Below the pieces are notes generated by a model. The model did no database searches. It saw only the letters and a list, made by a program, of their open reading frames with translations, and had not been told where the DNA came from. DNA of 63,644 nt, the filler included, from Octopus bimaculoides (taxonomy: Eukaryota): assembly GCF_001194135.2 (NCBI RefSeq). It is 5 parts of 5 records of this genome, joined end to end, with 100 filler letters (N's around TTAATTAATTAA, not from the genome) between each part and the next. Parts side by side here need not be neighbours in the genome. Positions count along the whole stretch, not along the records: positions 42,765 to 52,944 come from NC_068985.1; positions 53,045 to 57,713 come from NC_068994.1; positions 57,814 to 63,644 come from NC_068990.1; 2 more parts are not named here. One strand, written 5' to 3'. This document shows, one piece after another, positions 50,428 to 60,849 of this stretch (its first letter is position 1; each line of letters starts with the position of its first letter). The position numbers and the translations under genes are program-made.

Positions 50428-50701
50428 TCATCATCATCATCATCATCGTTTAACGTCCGCTTTCCATGCTAGCATGGGTTGGACGATTTGACTGGGGACT
50501 GGTGAAACCGGATGGCAACACCAGGCTCCAGTCTGATTTGGCAGAGTTTCTACAGCTGGATGCCCTTCCTAACGCCAACCACTCAGAGAGTGTAGTGGGT
50601 GCTTTTACGTGTCACCCGCACGAAAACGGCCACGCTCGAAATGGTGTCTTTTATGTGCCACCCGCACAAGCCAGTCCAGGGGCACTGGCAACGATCTCGC
50701 T
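50428..50701 (-). mobile_element. RTE-associated 3' tail element, relatively young (CpG retained)
   Basis: (CAT)n then gtttaacgtccgctttccatgctagcatgggttggacg, reverse complement of the tail at 51890-52040. Confidence 0.8.
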
Positions 50702-51077
50702 NNNNNNNNNNNNNNNNNNNNNNNNNNNNNNNNNNNNNNNNNNNNNNNNNNNNNNNNNNNNNNNNNNNNNNNNNNNNNNNNNNNNNNNNNNNNNNNNNNN
50801 NNNNNNNNNNNNNNNNNNNNNNNNNNNNNNNNNNNNNNNNNNNNNNNNNNNNNNNNNNNNNNNNNNNNNNNNNNNNNNNNNNNNNNNNNNNNNNNNNNNN
50901 NNNNNNNNNNNNNNNNNNNNNNNNNNNNNNNNNNNNNNNNNNNNNNNNNNNNNNNNNNNNNNNNNNNNNNNNNNNNNNNNNNNNNNNNNNNNNNNNNNNN
51001 NNNNNNNNNNNNNNNNNNNNNNNNNNNNNNNNNNNNNNNNNNNNNNNNNNNNNNNNNNNNNNNNNNNNNNNNNNNNN

Positions 51078-51120
<43 letters not shown>

Positions 51121-51169
51121 CACACACATATGTTTATAGTTGTTTTAATGCCTATGTTATGGCAACTAA

Positions 51170-52040
51170 GAGCCTCTTGCTCAGGATGAATGATAGACTG
51201 TATGATGCATCTGTGTGAACTGCCATGCTACACGGCAGTGAAACATAGTCCATGACTACTGAGGACATGCATAAGCTTGAAAGAAATGAAGCTAGTATGA
51301 TCTGCTGGGTGTGTAATGTCAGTGTGCATATACGGCAGAGTGTAAGTGCCCTGAGAGAAATGTTGGGCATAAGCATAAAATGTGGTGTGCAAGAGAGACA
51401 ACTGCACTGGGATGAGGAAGTGCCACTCCCTAACTTTGGAAGAAACCTGTGGAAAAGGTAGACCCAGGAAGACATGGGATGAGGTGGTGAAGCATGACCT
51501 TCAAACATTGGGCCTCACAAAAGCAATGACAGGGGACCGAGACCTTTGGAGATATGCTATGATTGAGAAGACCTGGAACTAAAGTGAGATTGCAGCCATG
51601 CATATCCGGCCCAGTTAAAAGTACCCCTGATGCGTCGGGCAACATGATATACTTTAGAAAACCTGTTGAGCCAAGTAAAACCAATATCATAGCTGTGGCC
51701 AGGTCTGCCTGACTGGCTCCTGTGCTGGTGGGCCATAAAAAGCACCATCTGAATGTGGCCGATGCCAATACCCACTGACTGGCCCCCATGCTGGTGGCAT
51801 GTAAAAAGTACTATTCAAACATGATTAATGCCAGACCCGCCTGACTGGCTCCTGTGCCGGTGGCACGAAAAAAAGCACCCATTACACTCTTGAAGTGGTT
51901 GGTGTTAGGAGGGGCATCCAGCTATAGAAACATTGTCAGATCAGATTGGAGTCTGCTGCAGCCACTGGTTCTCCAGACCTCAGTCAAACCGTCCAACCCA
52001 TGCTAGCATGGAAAACAGACGTTAAACAATGATGATGATG
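51170..52040 (+). mobile_element. RTE-clade LINE 3' fragment with UTR and (GAT)n tail
   Basis: MLHGSET...KLERNEASMICWVCNV...GKGRPRKTWDEVVKHDLQTLGLTKAMTGDRDLWR. Confidence 0.88.
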
Positions 52041-52360
52041 TATATATAAGTATGTGTTTGTGTCTCCTTGTCTTCACACTGTGCACTAATTGTAAACAAA
52101 TGTCACTGTCATGTATATGGCGTCATTCATATGCAATCTTTCACGAAAACCTATCTGGTTATTGTGCTGTTTATGTTCAGAGAACTAGAGTAAATATTAT
52201 CTTGCCTGGAAACAAGTGGGGGGGTTGATGACAGGAAAAGCATCCAGCTGTAGAAAATCTGCATCAATGAATGATTATGATGATCAGGAGGATAATGATG
52301 ATGATTAAGACGACGATCATGATCCAATTTTTCACATTAGTTTTCTTTACTTACTTTCAG

Positions 52361-52472
52361 GTTTATATCTTGTCACATGGTGTGGATTTTGTAACAATCG
52401 GAAACCTCCAAGATCTGGCCATTGTTATGTATGTAGTTCTTGTGTATCAGTTCGAGATCATCACTGTGTCTG
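52361..52472 (+). CDS. ZDHHC23: ZDHHC23-like, third coding exon (DHHC cysteine-rich domain)
   Basis: (G)LYLVTWCGFCNNRKPPRSGHCYVCSSCVSVRDHHCV(W); tttacttactttcag| acceptor phase 1 matches 49204 donor; TG|GTAATT donor phase 2. Confidence 0.96.
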
Positions 52473-52569
52473 GTAATTTTGGATTTCATATTCTTTCTAT
52501 TTAATCATTATTTCAACCATGTGTCATTAGTATTCTTTTAAAACTCATGTTTTAATGTCAACATGTCTA

Positions 52570-52725
52570 GGCATGGCTGTGTGGTAAGAAGCTTGCTTCC
52601 CAACCACATGCTTCTAGATTCAGTCCCACTGCATGGCACCTTGGGAAAGTGTCTTTTTTTATAGACTTGGGCTGACCAAAGTCTTGTGAGTAGATTTGGT
52701 AGATGAAAACTAAAAGAAGCCCATT
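52570..52725 (+). mobile_element. SINE family B 5' half, CpG-depleted
   Basis: ggcatggctgtgtggtaagaagcttgcttcccaaccacatg...cagtcccactgcatggcaccttggg. Confidence 0.85.
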
Positions 52726-52944
52726 TTTCCAAGGAATCTAATGCTCTTAGCTTGTTTTTTCCTTGGGGCTGGCCAGATTGGAGCAATATTGAGAATAACC
52801 AGCTGAAATTGCAAGGATAATCTGGATCTCGACTGAAGAAAGAAAACTCCGAATGACCTGTCCGTATTTTCTTTGTATCGTCTATCTGGATGTTTTGTCC
52901 CTTTCTTGTATCACCTAACTTTCTAGATGTTTTGTGTTCTTGTC
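52725..52944 (+). mobile_element. Probable Penelope-like terminal repeat with relic hammerhead core
   Basis: CTGAAGA-aagaaaactcc-gaatgac at 52833-52857, followed by pyrimidine-rich tail. Confidence 0.35.
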
Positions 52945-53044
52945 NNNNNNNNNNNNNNNNNNNNNNNNNNNNNNNNNNNNNNNNNNNNTTAATTAATTAA
53001 NNNNNNNNNNNNNNNNNNNNNNNNNNNNNNNNNNNNNNNNNNNN
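52945..53044. other. Assembly scaffold linker N44-TTAATTAATTAA-N44
   Basis: Identical 100-bp structure. Confidence 0.95.
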
Positions 53045-53119
53045 ATATATATATATTCATAAATATATATATATTCCGGTAAAGTAGAACAGTTGATGGG
53101 CTTTTATGCAGATAGAGGT

Positions 53120-53600
53120 ATGTATGTCTGTGAGTGTGTGTGCATGCACATGTATGTATGGGTAGGTACATAGGGTATATGAACAGACAACCACATAGGC
53201 AAATAGAGACTGAAACACATGACCACATATACACACACATTTGTCCACACATCTGAATATGTGCACCCATACATGCAAACACGGTACATAGCAGCAAAGC
53301 ACACACACACACACACACTCAGACAGGCACACACATGGAGACAGAGGTACATACATATATACACACACGCACACACATACATAAAAAAAACAAGAAAAAA
53401 ACAGACACACAAATGCAGAATACGTACATACATGCAAACACACACATATATGCATATATACATACACACACATACATACATGCATATATACATACACACA
53501 TACATACATATATACATATTCACACACATACAGACATACATACACATACATGCACACATACATGCATACACACACACTGAGACACACGCATGCGCAAAAA
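53120..53600. repeat. (CA)/(CATA)-rich degenerate microsatellite
   Basis: Low-complexity tract. Confidence 0.9.
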
Positions 53601-53804
53601 AAGAAAAAAAAAAGAAAAGCAAAAACAGAACGCAACGTGAATTACGGACAGAGTCATGACTATTGAAAAGGTTGTAAGACGCAGCGAAAATTTTAGGAAA
53701 ATAAAAATAATAAGTGGAAAGTTTAACGGTGAGTGTGTTAAATTTTAAGGCACGATAAGAAAATGACTCTCCCCAGACACAACAGTATATATATGTACGT
53801 GTAT

Positions 53805-53863
<59 letters not shown>

Positions 53864-53880
53864 CATGCGTAAGGAATATA

Positions 53881-53915
<35 letters not shown>

Positions 53916-54718
53916 GCATAAAAAAATATATATATATGTATATATATATATATTAAATTCAAATTCCAAGTAAAGTAAACAAAGTTTGCTTTAGAAGNNN
54001 NNNNNNNNNNNNNNNNNNNNNNNNNNNNNNNNNNNNNNNNNNNNNNNNNNNNNNNNNNNNNNNNNNNNNNNNNNNNNNNNNNNNNNNNNNNNNNNNNNNN
54101 NNNNNNNNNNNNNNNNNNNNNNNNNNNNNNNNNNNNNNNNNNNNNNNNNNNNNNNNNNNNNNNNNNNNNNNNNNNNNNNNNNNNNNNNNNNNNNNNNNNN
54201 NNNNNNNNNNNNNNNNNNNNNNNNNNNNNNNNNNNNNNNNNNNNNNNNNNNNNNNNNNNNNNNNNNNNNNNNNNNNNNNNNNNNNNNNNNNNNNNNNNNN
54301 NNNNNNNNNNNNNNNNNNNNNNNNNNNNNNNNNNNNNNNNNNNNNNNNNNNNNNNNNNNNNNNNNNNNNNNNNNNNNNNNNNNNNNNNNNNNNNNNNNNN
54401 NNNNNNNNNNNNNNNNNNNNNNNNNNNNNNNNNNNNNNNNNNNNNNNNNNNNNNNNNNNNNNNNNNNNNNNNNNNNNNNNNNNNNNNNNNNNNNNNNNNN
54501 NNNNNNNNNNNNNNNNNNNNNNNNNNNNNNNNNNNNNNNNNNNNNNNNNNNNNNNNNNNNNNNNNNNNNNNNNNNNNNNNNNNNNNNNNNNNNNNNNNNN
54601 NNNNNNNNNNNNNNNNNNNNNNNNNNNNNNNNNNNNNNNNNNNNNNNNNNNNNNNNNNNNNNNNNNNNNNATATATATACATATATGAAAATATATATTT
54701 GTACATATATATCATCAT

Positions 54719-54750
<32 letters not shown>

Positions 54751-54784
54751 CATACGTATCGACATGTGCTGATACCACTTTCTA

Positions 54785-55395
54785 AGTGCACATTACCAGG
54801 ATGGCAACAAAGTGCAGATGACTGGCTGGATGGATCCTGAGAACATTAAGAACCAGAGATAAAGAAACCATGATCGTCCTCTGGAGGACATTTTTCCTCA
54901 GCCGCCTGCATTACTGCTCCCAGCTATGATCACCCAATAGCGTAAAATTAACAGCAGACCTTGAAGTAACCCAGCGAAGCTTCACAAAGAAGATTGTCAC
55001 TTTGTAACAGCTCAGCTACTGAGAAAGGCTGAATCAGCTAAGACTGTACTCCCTTGAGTGAAGGGAGGATAGGTATGCAGTAATATACACCAGGAAGAAC
55101 CTGGATGGAATTGTGCCAAATTTTGGCATTGAAAGCTACACCAATGCCAGAACATGTCGACAATGCACAGTGCCAAAGATCCTAGCAATGCCATTGTGCT
55201 TCAGGACCAGTTACTGCAACAGCCTGGGGGCCCAGCATATTCTCCCATAGAGCCTGAGGAACCTGCACAAAGTAGATGTAGGTATTTTTAAATCAAGGCT
55301 GGACCACTTCCTGTTGAGAGTCCAAGATGAACCTACCTCATGGCAAGAGGTGCAAATGAGAGTAGCTACATCAAACTCCATTCTTCACCAAGGGC
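54785..55395 (+). mobile_element. CR1/L2-group LINE 3' fragment
   Basis: GWILRTLRTRDKETMIVLWRTFFLSRLHYCSQL..P...LE.TQRSFTKKI...LSY.ERL..L.LYSLE motifs. Confidence 0.85.
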
Positions 55396-56479
55396 CATAT
55401 ACTGTTATTACTCTTAGTAATAACAGTGTAGCAAAACGGTGGTGCCCCATCATGGCCAGAGCTCTGAGCAGCAGAAACTACAAAGAAAAACATATATACG
55501 TAAATATATATATATATAAATATATACACNNNNNNNNNNNNNNNNNNNNNNNNNNNNNNNNNNNNNNNNNNNNNNNNNNNNNNNNNNNNNNNNNNNNNNN
55601 NNNNNNNNNNNNNNNNNNNNNNNNNNNNNNNNNNNNNNNNNNNNNNNNNNNNNNNNNNNNNNNNNNNNNNNNNNNNNNNNNNNNNNNNNNNNNNNNNNNN
55701 NNNNNNNNNNNNNNNNNNNNNNNNNNNNNNNNNNNNNNNNNNNNNNNNNNNNNNNNNNNNNNNNNNNNNNNNNNNNNNNNNNNNNNNNNNNNNNNNNNNN
55801 NNNNNNNNNNNNNNNNNNNNNNNNNNNNNNNNNNNNNNNNNNNNNNNNNNNNNNNNNNNNNNNNNNNNNNNNNNNNNNNNNNNNNNNNNNNNNNNNNNNN
55901 NNNNNNNNNNNNNNNNNNNNNNNNNNNNNNNNNNNNNNNNNNNNNNNNNNNNNNNNNNNNNNNNNNNNNNNNNNNNNNNNNNNNNNNNNNNNNNNNNNNN
56001 NNNNNNNNNNNNNNNNNNNNNNNNNNNNNNNNNNNNNNNNNNNNNNNNNNNNNNNNNNNNNNNNNNNNNNNNNNNNNNNNNNNNNNNNNNNNNNNNNNNN
56101 NNNNNNNNNNNNNNNNNNNNNNNNNNNNNNNNNNNNNNNNNNNNNNNNNNNNNNNNNNNNNNNNNNNNNNNATAAGACATTTTAATAGAATGTGACGAGT
56201 GCGTATAATGATGAACGGAACACTATTATGTTCTTTTTTTAAAAACCATTAGAGGATATAACGTCAAAGGTAGCCTATAGAAAGAGGAGGGATAAAGGAA
56301 AGAAATAAGCAGAAAACTAATAGATGAGAAATATAGAGTGATATGTGAATTAAATAAAAACTTAAAGGCTTGGACAAGATATATCTAGTGGAAGTGAAAT
56401 GTAAGAAGAAAATCAATGTTCAAATTATATATAATGTTAGATATCACTTATATGAACTAAAGGTATGTTTCTGCCAATG

Positions 56480-57430
56480 TTTACATCGATAAGCATGTTC
56501 TATAACTGTGTTTACAAGGGGATTCCAAAGAAAAAGAATAGAAAATACTTCAGTTTTACAGAGTTGGCAGAATTCTTTGCCTTTATCATATGGGAATGAA
56601 ATGGAGAGAATCAATCAATCTAAATTAAATTGTTTATTATGGTCCTTTAGATACCAAATTAATTTACTAAGCCCTGTACTGTTGCATTTATTACTATCCA
56701 TAAATGTGGAGTAATGATTAGAAATTCTTTTAGATAACTTAGAAGAACTACCTATATAAAAAAAGACATCGGTACCTGAGGTAATTTAACACTGGTAGAT
56801 AGAGTTTTTAATCTTAGAATTACTAGACATAAACTTAATTCTGCTGGAATTGACTTCAGAGACAATAACCTTGTTATTAATATTTCTAGAGGATGGTTGG
56901 TATTAGCTAAATTAATGATAGTATTAGTAATTGGATTCTTATTTAACAGACTAATATTATGTGAGGAGATAATTTGTGAGAGATTTTTTGTGTTGGAAAA
57001 ACCAATCCTAACCGTGTGTGAGTTGATAATAGAGTAATACCTAGAATTCTTTGGAATGTAGTAGATAGAGGGATCCATTGGAAGGGCCCTATTATTGATT
57101 TTTTCAACACTCTACGTATGTCACAAGGTTTCCAGACATGAGTTCTACTCACATGTCAAATAAAATATAAGAGTGATATTATGTGCAAAAATTAGAAATA
57201 GGACACACAAAAAATCAATATTCTAAGTAATCGAACATAAACAATGAAATGGGTTATTTCGCTTGAGTGTTTGAAATATATAATGTACAGGAGCTATGAG
57301 TTATTTCCCTTGGATGTTAAAAAATAGTTATATGAGATAGATATAAGGGTCCCTTCCAGGGGCCGTATTATCAATTATTTCAACAATCTAAGTATGTTAT
57401 GAGGCTCCCAGACATGAGTTCTACTCATGT
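56480..57430 (-). mobile_element. Penelope-like element, GIY-YIG endonuclease region
   Basis: YSIINSHTVRIGFSNTKNLSQIISSHN, YIGSSSKLSKRISNHYST, GLSKLIWYLKD, CQLCKTE; 20-bp direct repeat at 57132 and 57408. Confidence 0.85.
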
Positions 57431-57537
57431 GTCAAGTTTCATCAAAATCAATAAAACGATGTAATGAGGAGTTAGTTAACGCCACAAACAAACACACACT
57501 GATTTTCCACATATGTGGTAGATATATATACATAAAA

Positions 57538-57580
<43 letters not shown>

Positions 57581-57591
57581 AATATATGTAG

Positions 57592-57622
<31 letters not shown>

Positions 57623-57626
57623 AATG

Positions 57627-57662
<36 letters not shown>

Positions 57663-57713
57663 TATATATATATACACACATATTTACGTACAAATATATA
57701 GGTATAGATATAT

Positions 57714-57813
57714 NNNNNNNNNNNNNNNNNNNNNNNNNNNNNNNNNNNNNNNNNNNNTTAATTAATTAANNNNNNNNNNNNNNNNNNNNNNNNNNNNNNN
57801 NNNNNNNNNNNNN
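57714..57813. other. Assembly scaffold linker N44-TTAATTAATTAA-N44
   Basis: Identical 100-bp structure. Confidence 0.95.
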
Positions 57814-58048
57814 TATATATATATATATATATATATATTATTCATATTATCTATATTATTATATGATTGAACGCCACGCATCCTCTTCCAAGTATGTACA
57901 TACGCTACATACATATAAATACATACATATTTACGTACATATATGTGTCGTGTGCCTGTATGTACGTATATATATATATATAATATACATGTTTTGAACC
58001 TTTAATCTCTACACAATATTTTCTCTCTCCACTTTTTCCCTCTTAATC

Positions 58049-58084
58049 CTTTCTGTTGAAGAGCGTAGTCTCGAAACGTAAAAG
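58049..58084 (+). ncRNA. Minimal hammerhead-like motif in probable Penelope terminal repeat (about 57985-58175)
   Basis: cttt-CTGTTGA-a-gag-cgtagt-ctc-GAA-ACGT-A-aaag: stem I cttt/aaag, palindromic ACGT stem III, GUA; core A6 is T. Confidence 0.55.
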
Positions 58085-58770
58085 ACTTTTCTATTCTTCC
58101 TGAGCGTTAAACTAATACACCTGCTTGTTGTTCCTACACCTGTCTTCGTCTTTTGTTCTCTGTAAATTTGAGCTATATATGTACGTGTGTGTGTGCGCGT
58201 GTGTGTGTGCGCGTGTGTGTGTGCGCGTGTGTGTGTGTGTAGGTGTGTGTGTGTGTATACATATATGTGTACAAACGGGAGTGTCTAGGTATGTAAACTA
58301 CGAATTTCTATTCGACATATATATGTGGAATTTTGGGATTTAAATTTGTTTACATATATATAGGCGCCCGCAGGTGTTGTCGCTGTTATGCGACCTTAAT
58401 TCTTGTGAATTTATGTTCTTATCCTTGCGGCTATGACGGAGATGAACATTATTTTTAAAATCACAATAAAAATGATAATGCCGATAAATATTTCTATTAT
58501 TGCTATGAGGATATCGATGCTCGAAGAATAAGAATTTGAATAATAAAATAACATATAAAAAGGAAATAATAATAGATAGAACACCAATTGACTTACATTG
58601 TAATGTGTGTAGTTTTGTGTACATACAATCACACACTCGTATGTACATATAATGAATACTTTTACATATAATACACGCAAAGAAATAAACAAGAATTAGA
58701 AACATACGTACACAGACACTGGCACATAAATATAAATACAAAGATACAGAAAGCTAGATGTGTATGTTGC

Positions 58771-59085
58771 GGAGGCGTAATGACCCAGTGGTTAGGACAG
58801 CGGACTCGCAGTGGGAAGATCGCGGTTTAGATTCCCAGACCGACCGTTGTGTGTGTTTATTGAGCGAAAACACCTAAAGCTCCACGAGGCTCCGGCAGGG
58901 GTTGGTGGCGACCCCTGTTGTACTCTTTCGCCCCAACTTTCTCTCACTCTTTCTTCCTGTTTCTTGAGTAACGCTGCGATGGACTGGCGTCCAGTCCAGC
59001 TGGGGAGAACACATACGCCACAGAAACCGGGAAACCGGGCCCATGAACCTGGCTAGGCTTCAAAAAGGGTGCATAAATAAAAATA
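58771..59085 (+). mobile_element. tRNA-derived SINE family C, tail variant 1
   Basis: ggaggcgtaatgacccagtggttaggacagcggactcgc head; tail gctgcgatggactggcgtccagtccag...acagaaaccggg (resembles MetaSINE-type domain, from memory). Confidence 0.8.
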
Positions 59086-59086
59086 A

Positions 59087-60062
59087 AATTATTCCAACCA
59101 GTCGGTACCAAACAGATTGGTCGCGTTCTTTATGATGAGAACTTTCGCCTTACAAGTTTTTCCTCGAAATGTGACATCATTCCACATTTCGCCTACAAAG
59201 TGTAGTTTGTGACCCGTCATTCATGCCACATGCAGTTTTCGCTGTTTTTCTCAACATATGTTTCCTTATATTCTTCCACGTGTCGATGTTAAAGATTGAA
59301 ATGTCACTACCACTATCCAGTCGTAATTTAATATTTACTCCGTTTACTTTTACGTGTACAAATCCCGTATTTGGGAATCGATTTTACTTTCTGCTGAGGA
59401 CACTTTAGAACTTTTTACATTTGACCTTCGTACTTTTGATCTGCTGTGTAAACCCTTGTGTCCAAATTTTTGATAACTGCTACATTTTGGGTTTTTAAAG
59501 GACAATTTTTTCTGAAATGTAGGCCTCCACATCCGTAACATAGATTAGGATTTAACAATTTTCTTTGGTTATACTTTCTCGGTCGACATATCTGTATTTT
59601 TGCGAAATCCTTTTCTTGAATTTTTCTTACGTCGTGTTTCAGCTTCACCATCCTTTGACACTGTTCGCGGTTCGCTTGTTCAGGTTTTGAAAGAATGGTT
59701 ACCCGTATTTCTATATCTTTATTTGCTGCATGGCAACACTCCATTCGAGTGTTAAGTAGAGAGGTTTTACCACCGAACACGCTAGACAGTAATTTGATTG
59801 TTTCATGAAAACAAATTTCACGAGACATTTTGGGCAATATGAAATTACAATATCGTTCATGCTCAGATGGAGCTAATTTGCGTCATAATAACCTTATTTT
59901 TCTTCGTCCGACCATATTTTACAATCTTCCTCCAAAAGTTATACCATCGTCTGGTTATAACAGAATTCTGTTTTGGCGTTCGATACGCCGTCTATCGAAA
60001 ACGAACTTACCGCATATTCGGACTTCTTTGCTTATAGCTCCAATAATTATCGTTTCTTCTCA
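59087..60062 (-). mobile_element. Ty3/Gypsy LTR retrotransposon gag-protease relic
   Basis: KLAPSEHERYCNFILPK...FGGKTSLLNTR gag, CYGCGGLHFRKNC knuckle, protease LDSGSDISI and NLFGTDWL. Confidence 0.88.
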
Positions 60063-60074
60063 GCTACGTGGCTC

Positions 60075-60190
60075 CGCATCCACTCCCACTGCGTAACACT
60101 TTGGGCATGTACCTTCTACCATGGCCTCAGGCCGACTAAAGCCTTGTAAGAGGATTTGGTAGACAGAAACTGAAAGAAGCCCATCGTATA
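60075..60190 (+). mobile_element. SINE family B, 5'-truncated
   Basis: ggccgactaaagccttgtaagaggatttggtagacagaaactgaaagaagcccatcg. Confidence 0.85.
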
Positions 60191-60198
60191 TGTGTATG

Positions 60199-60231
<33 letters not shown>

Positions 60232-60558
60232 NNNNNNNNNNNNNNNNNNNNNNNNNNNNNNNNNNNNNNNNNNNNNNNNNNNNNNNNNNNNNNNNNNNNN
60301 NNNNNNNNNNNNNNNNNNNNNNNNNNNNNNNNNNNNNNNNNNNNNNNNNNNNNNNNNNNTTTAAATAATAAGGGTGACAAATTGAATATTAATTTGATTA
60401 ATATCAATTTAAAACCAGTGGCCTAGCATATTGAAAAAATCTGAAGATTCAGGAAAATTATATTACATACATATAATAGGGATGACCACTAAGTGGACAT
60501 CCATTATGCTAGTAAAATAAAAAATAAAATAAATTTCACTTACGGAACTCAAAATCTC

Positions 60559-60802
60559 AAAAGGGGAGCTGTTGTGATGAGAGTCACGACGCCCCCTTGC
60601 GAGAAATAGACTAGACCGAGCGATTATAAATAGTAGCGGTCGGAGTGAAATTTGTGTGTTAGTTCGTGTTGAGTTCGCAGTGAAATCGGGGGTTGTCGGT
60701 TGGTTAGTTCGTTTGGAATATTGATTGTTGATTCATGAAGAGATTGTTGGATCGTTACGTTTTTATTACGGCTGCATCTTTATCTTGTTTACTGTTACTA
60801 CA
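60559..60802 (+). mobile_element. Polypurine tract plus probable 3' LTR (60570-60802)
   Basis: aaaaggggagc immediately before TGTTGTGA...; TATAAATA at about 60626; ends TTACTACA (TG...CA). Confidence 0.6.
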
Positions 60803-60849
60803 ATGATACAGTGTATCTAAACCATCTGTCACAATATCTTGCCTGTACC

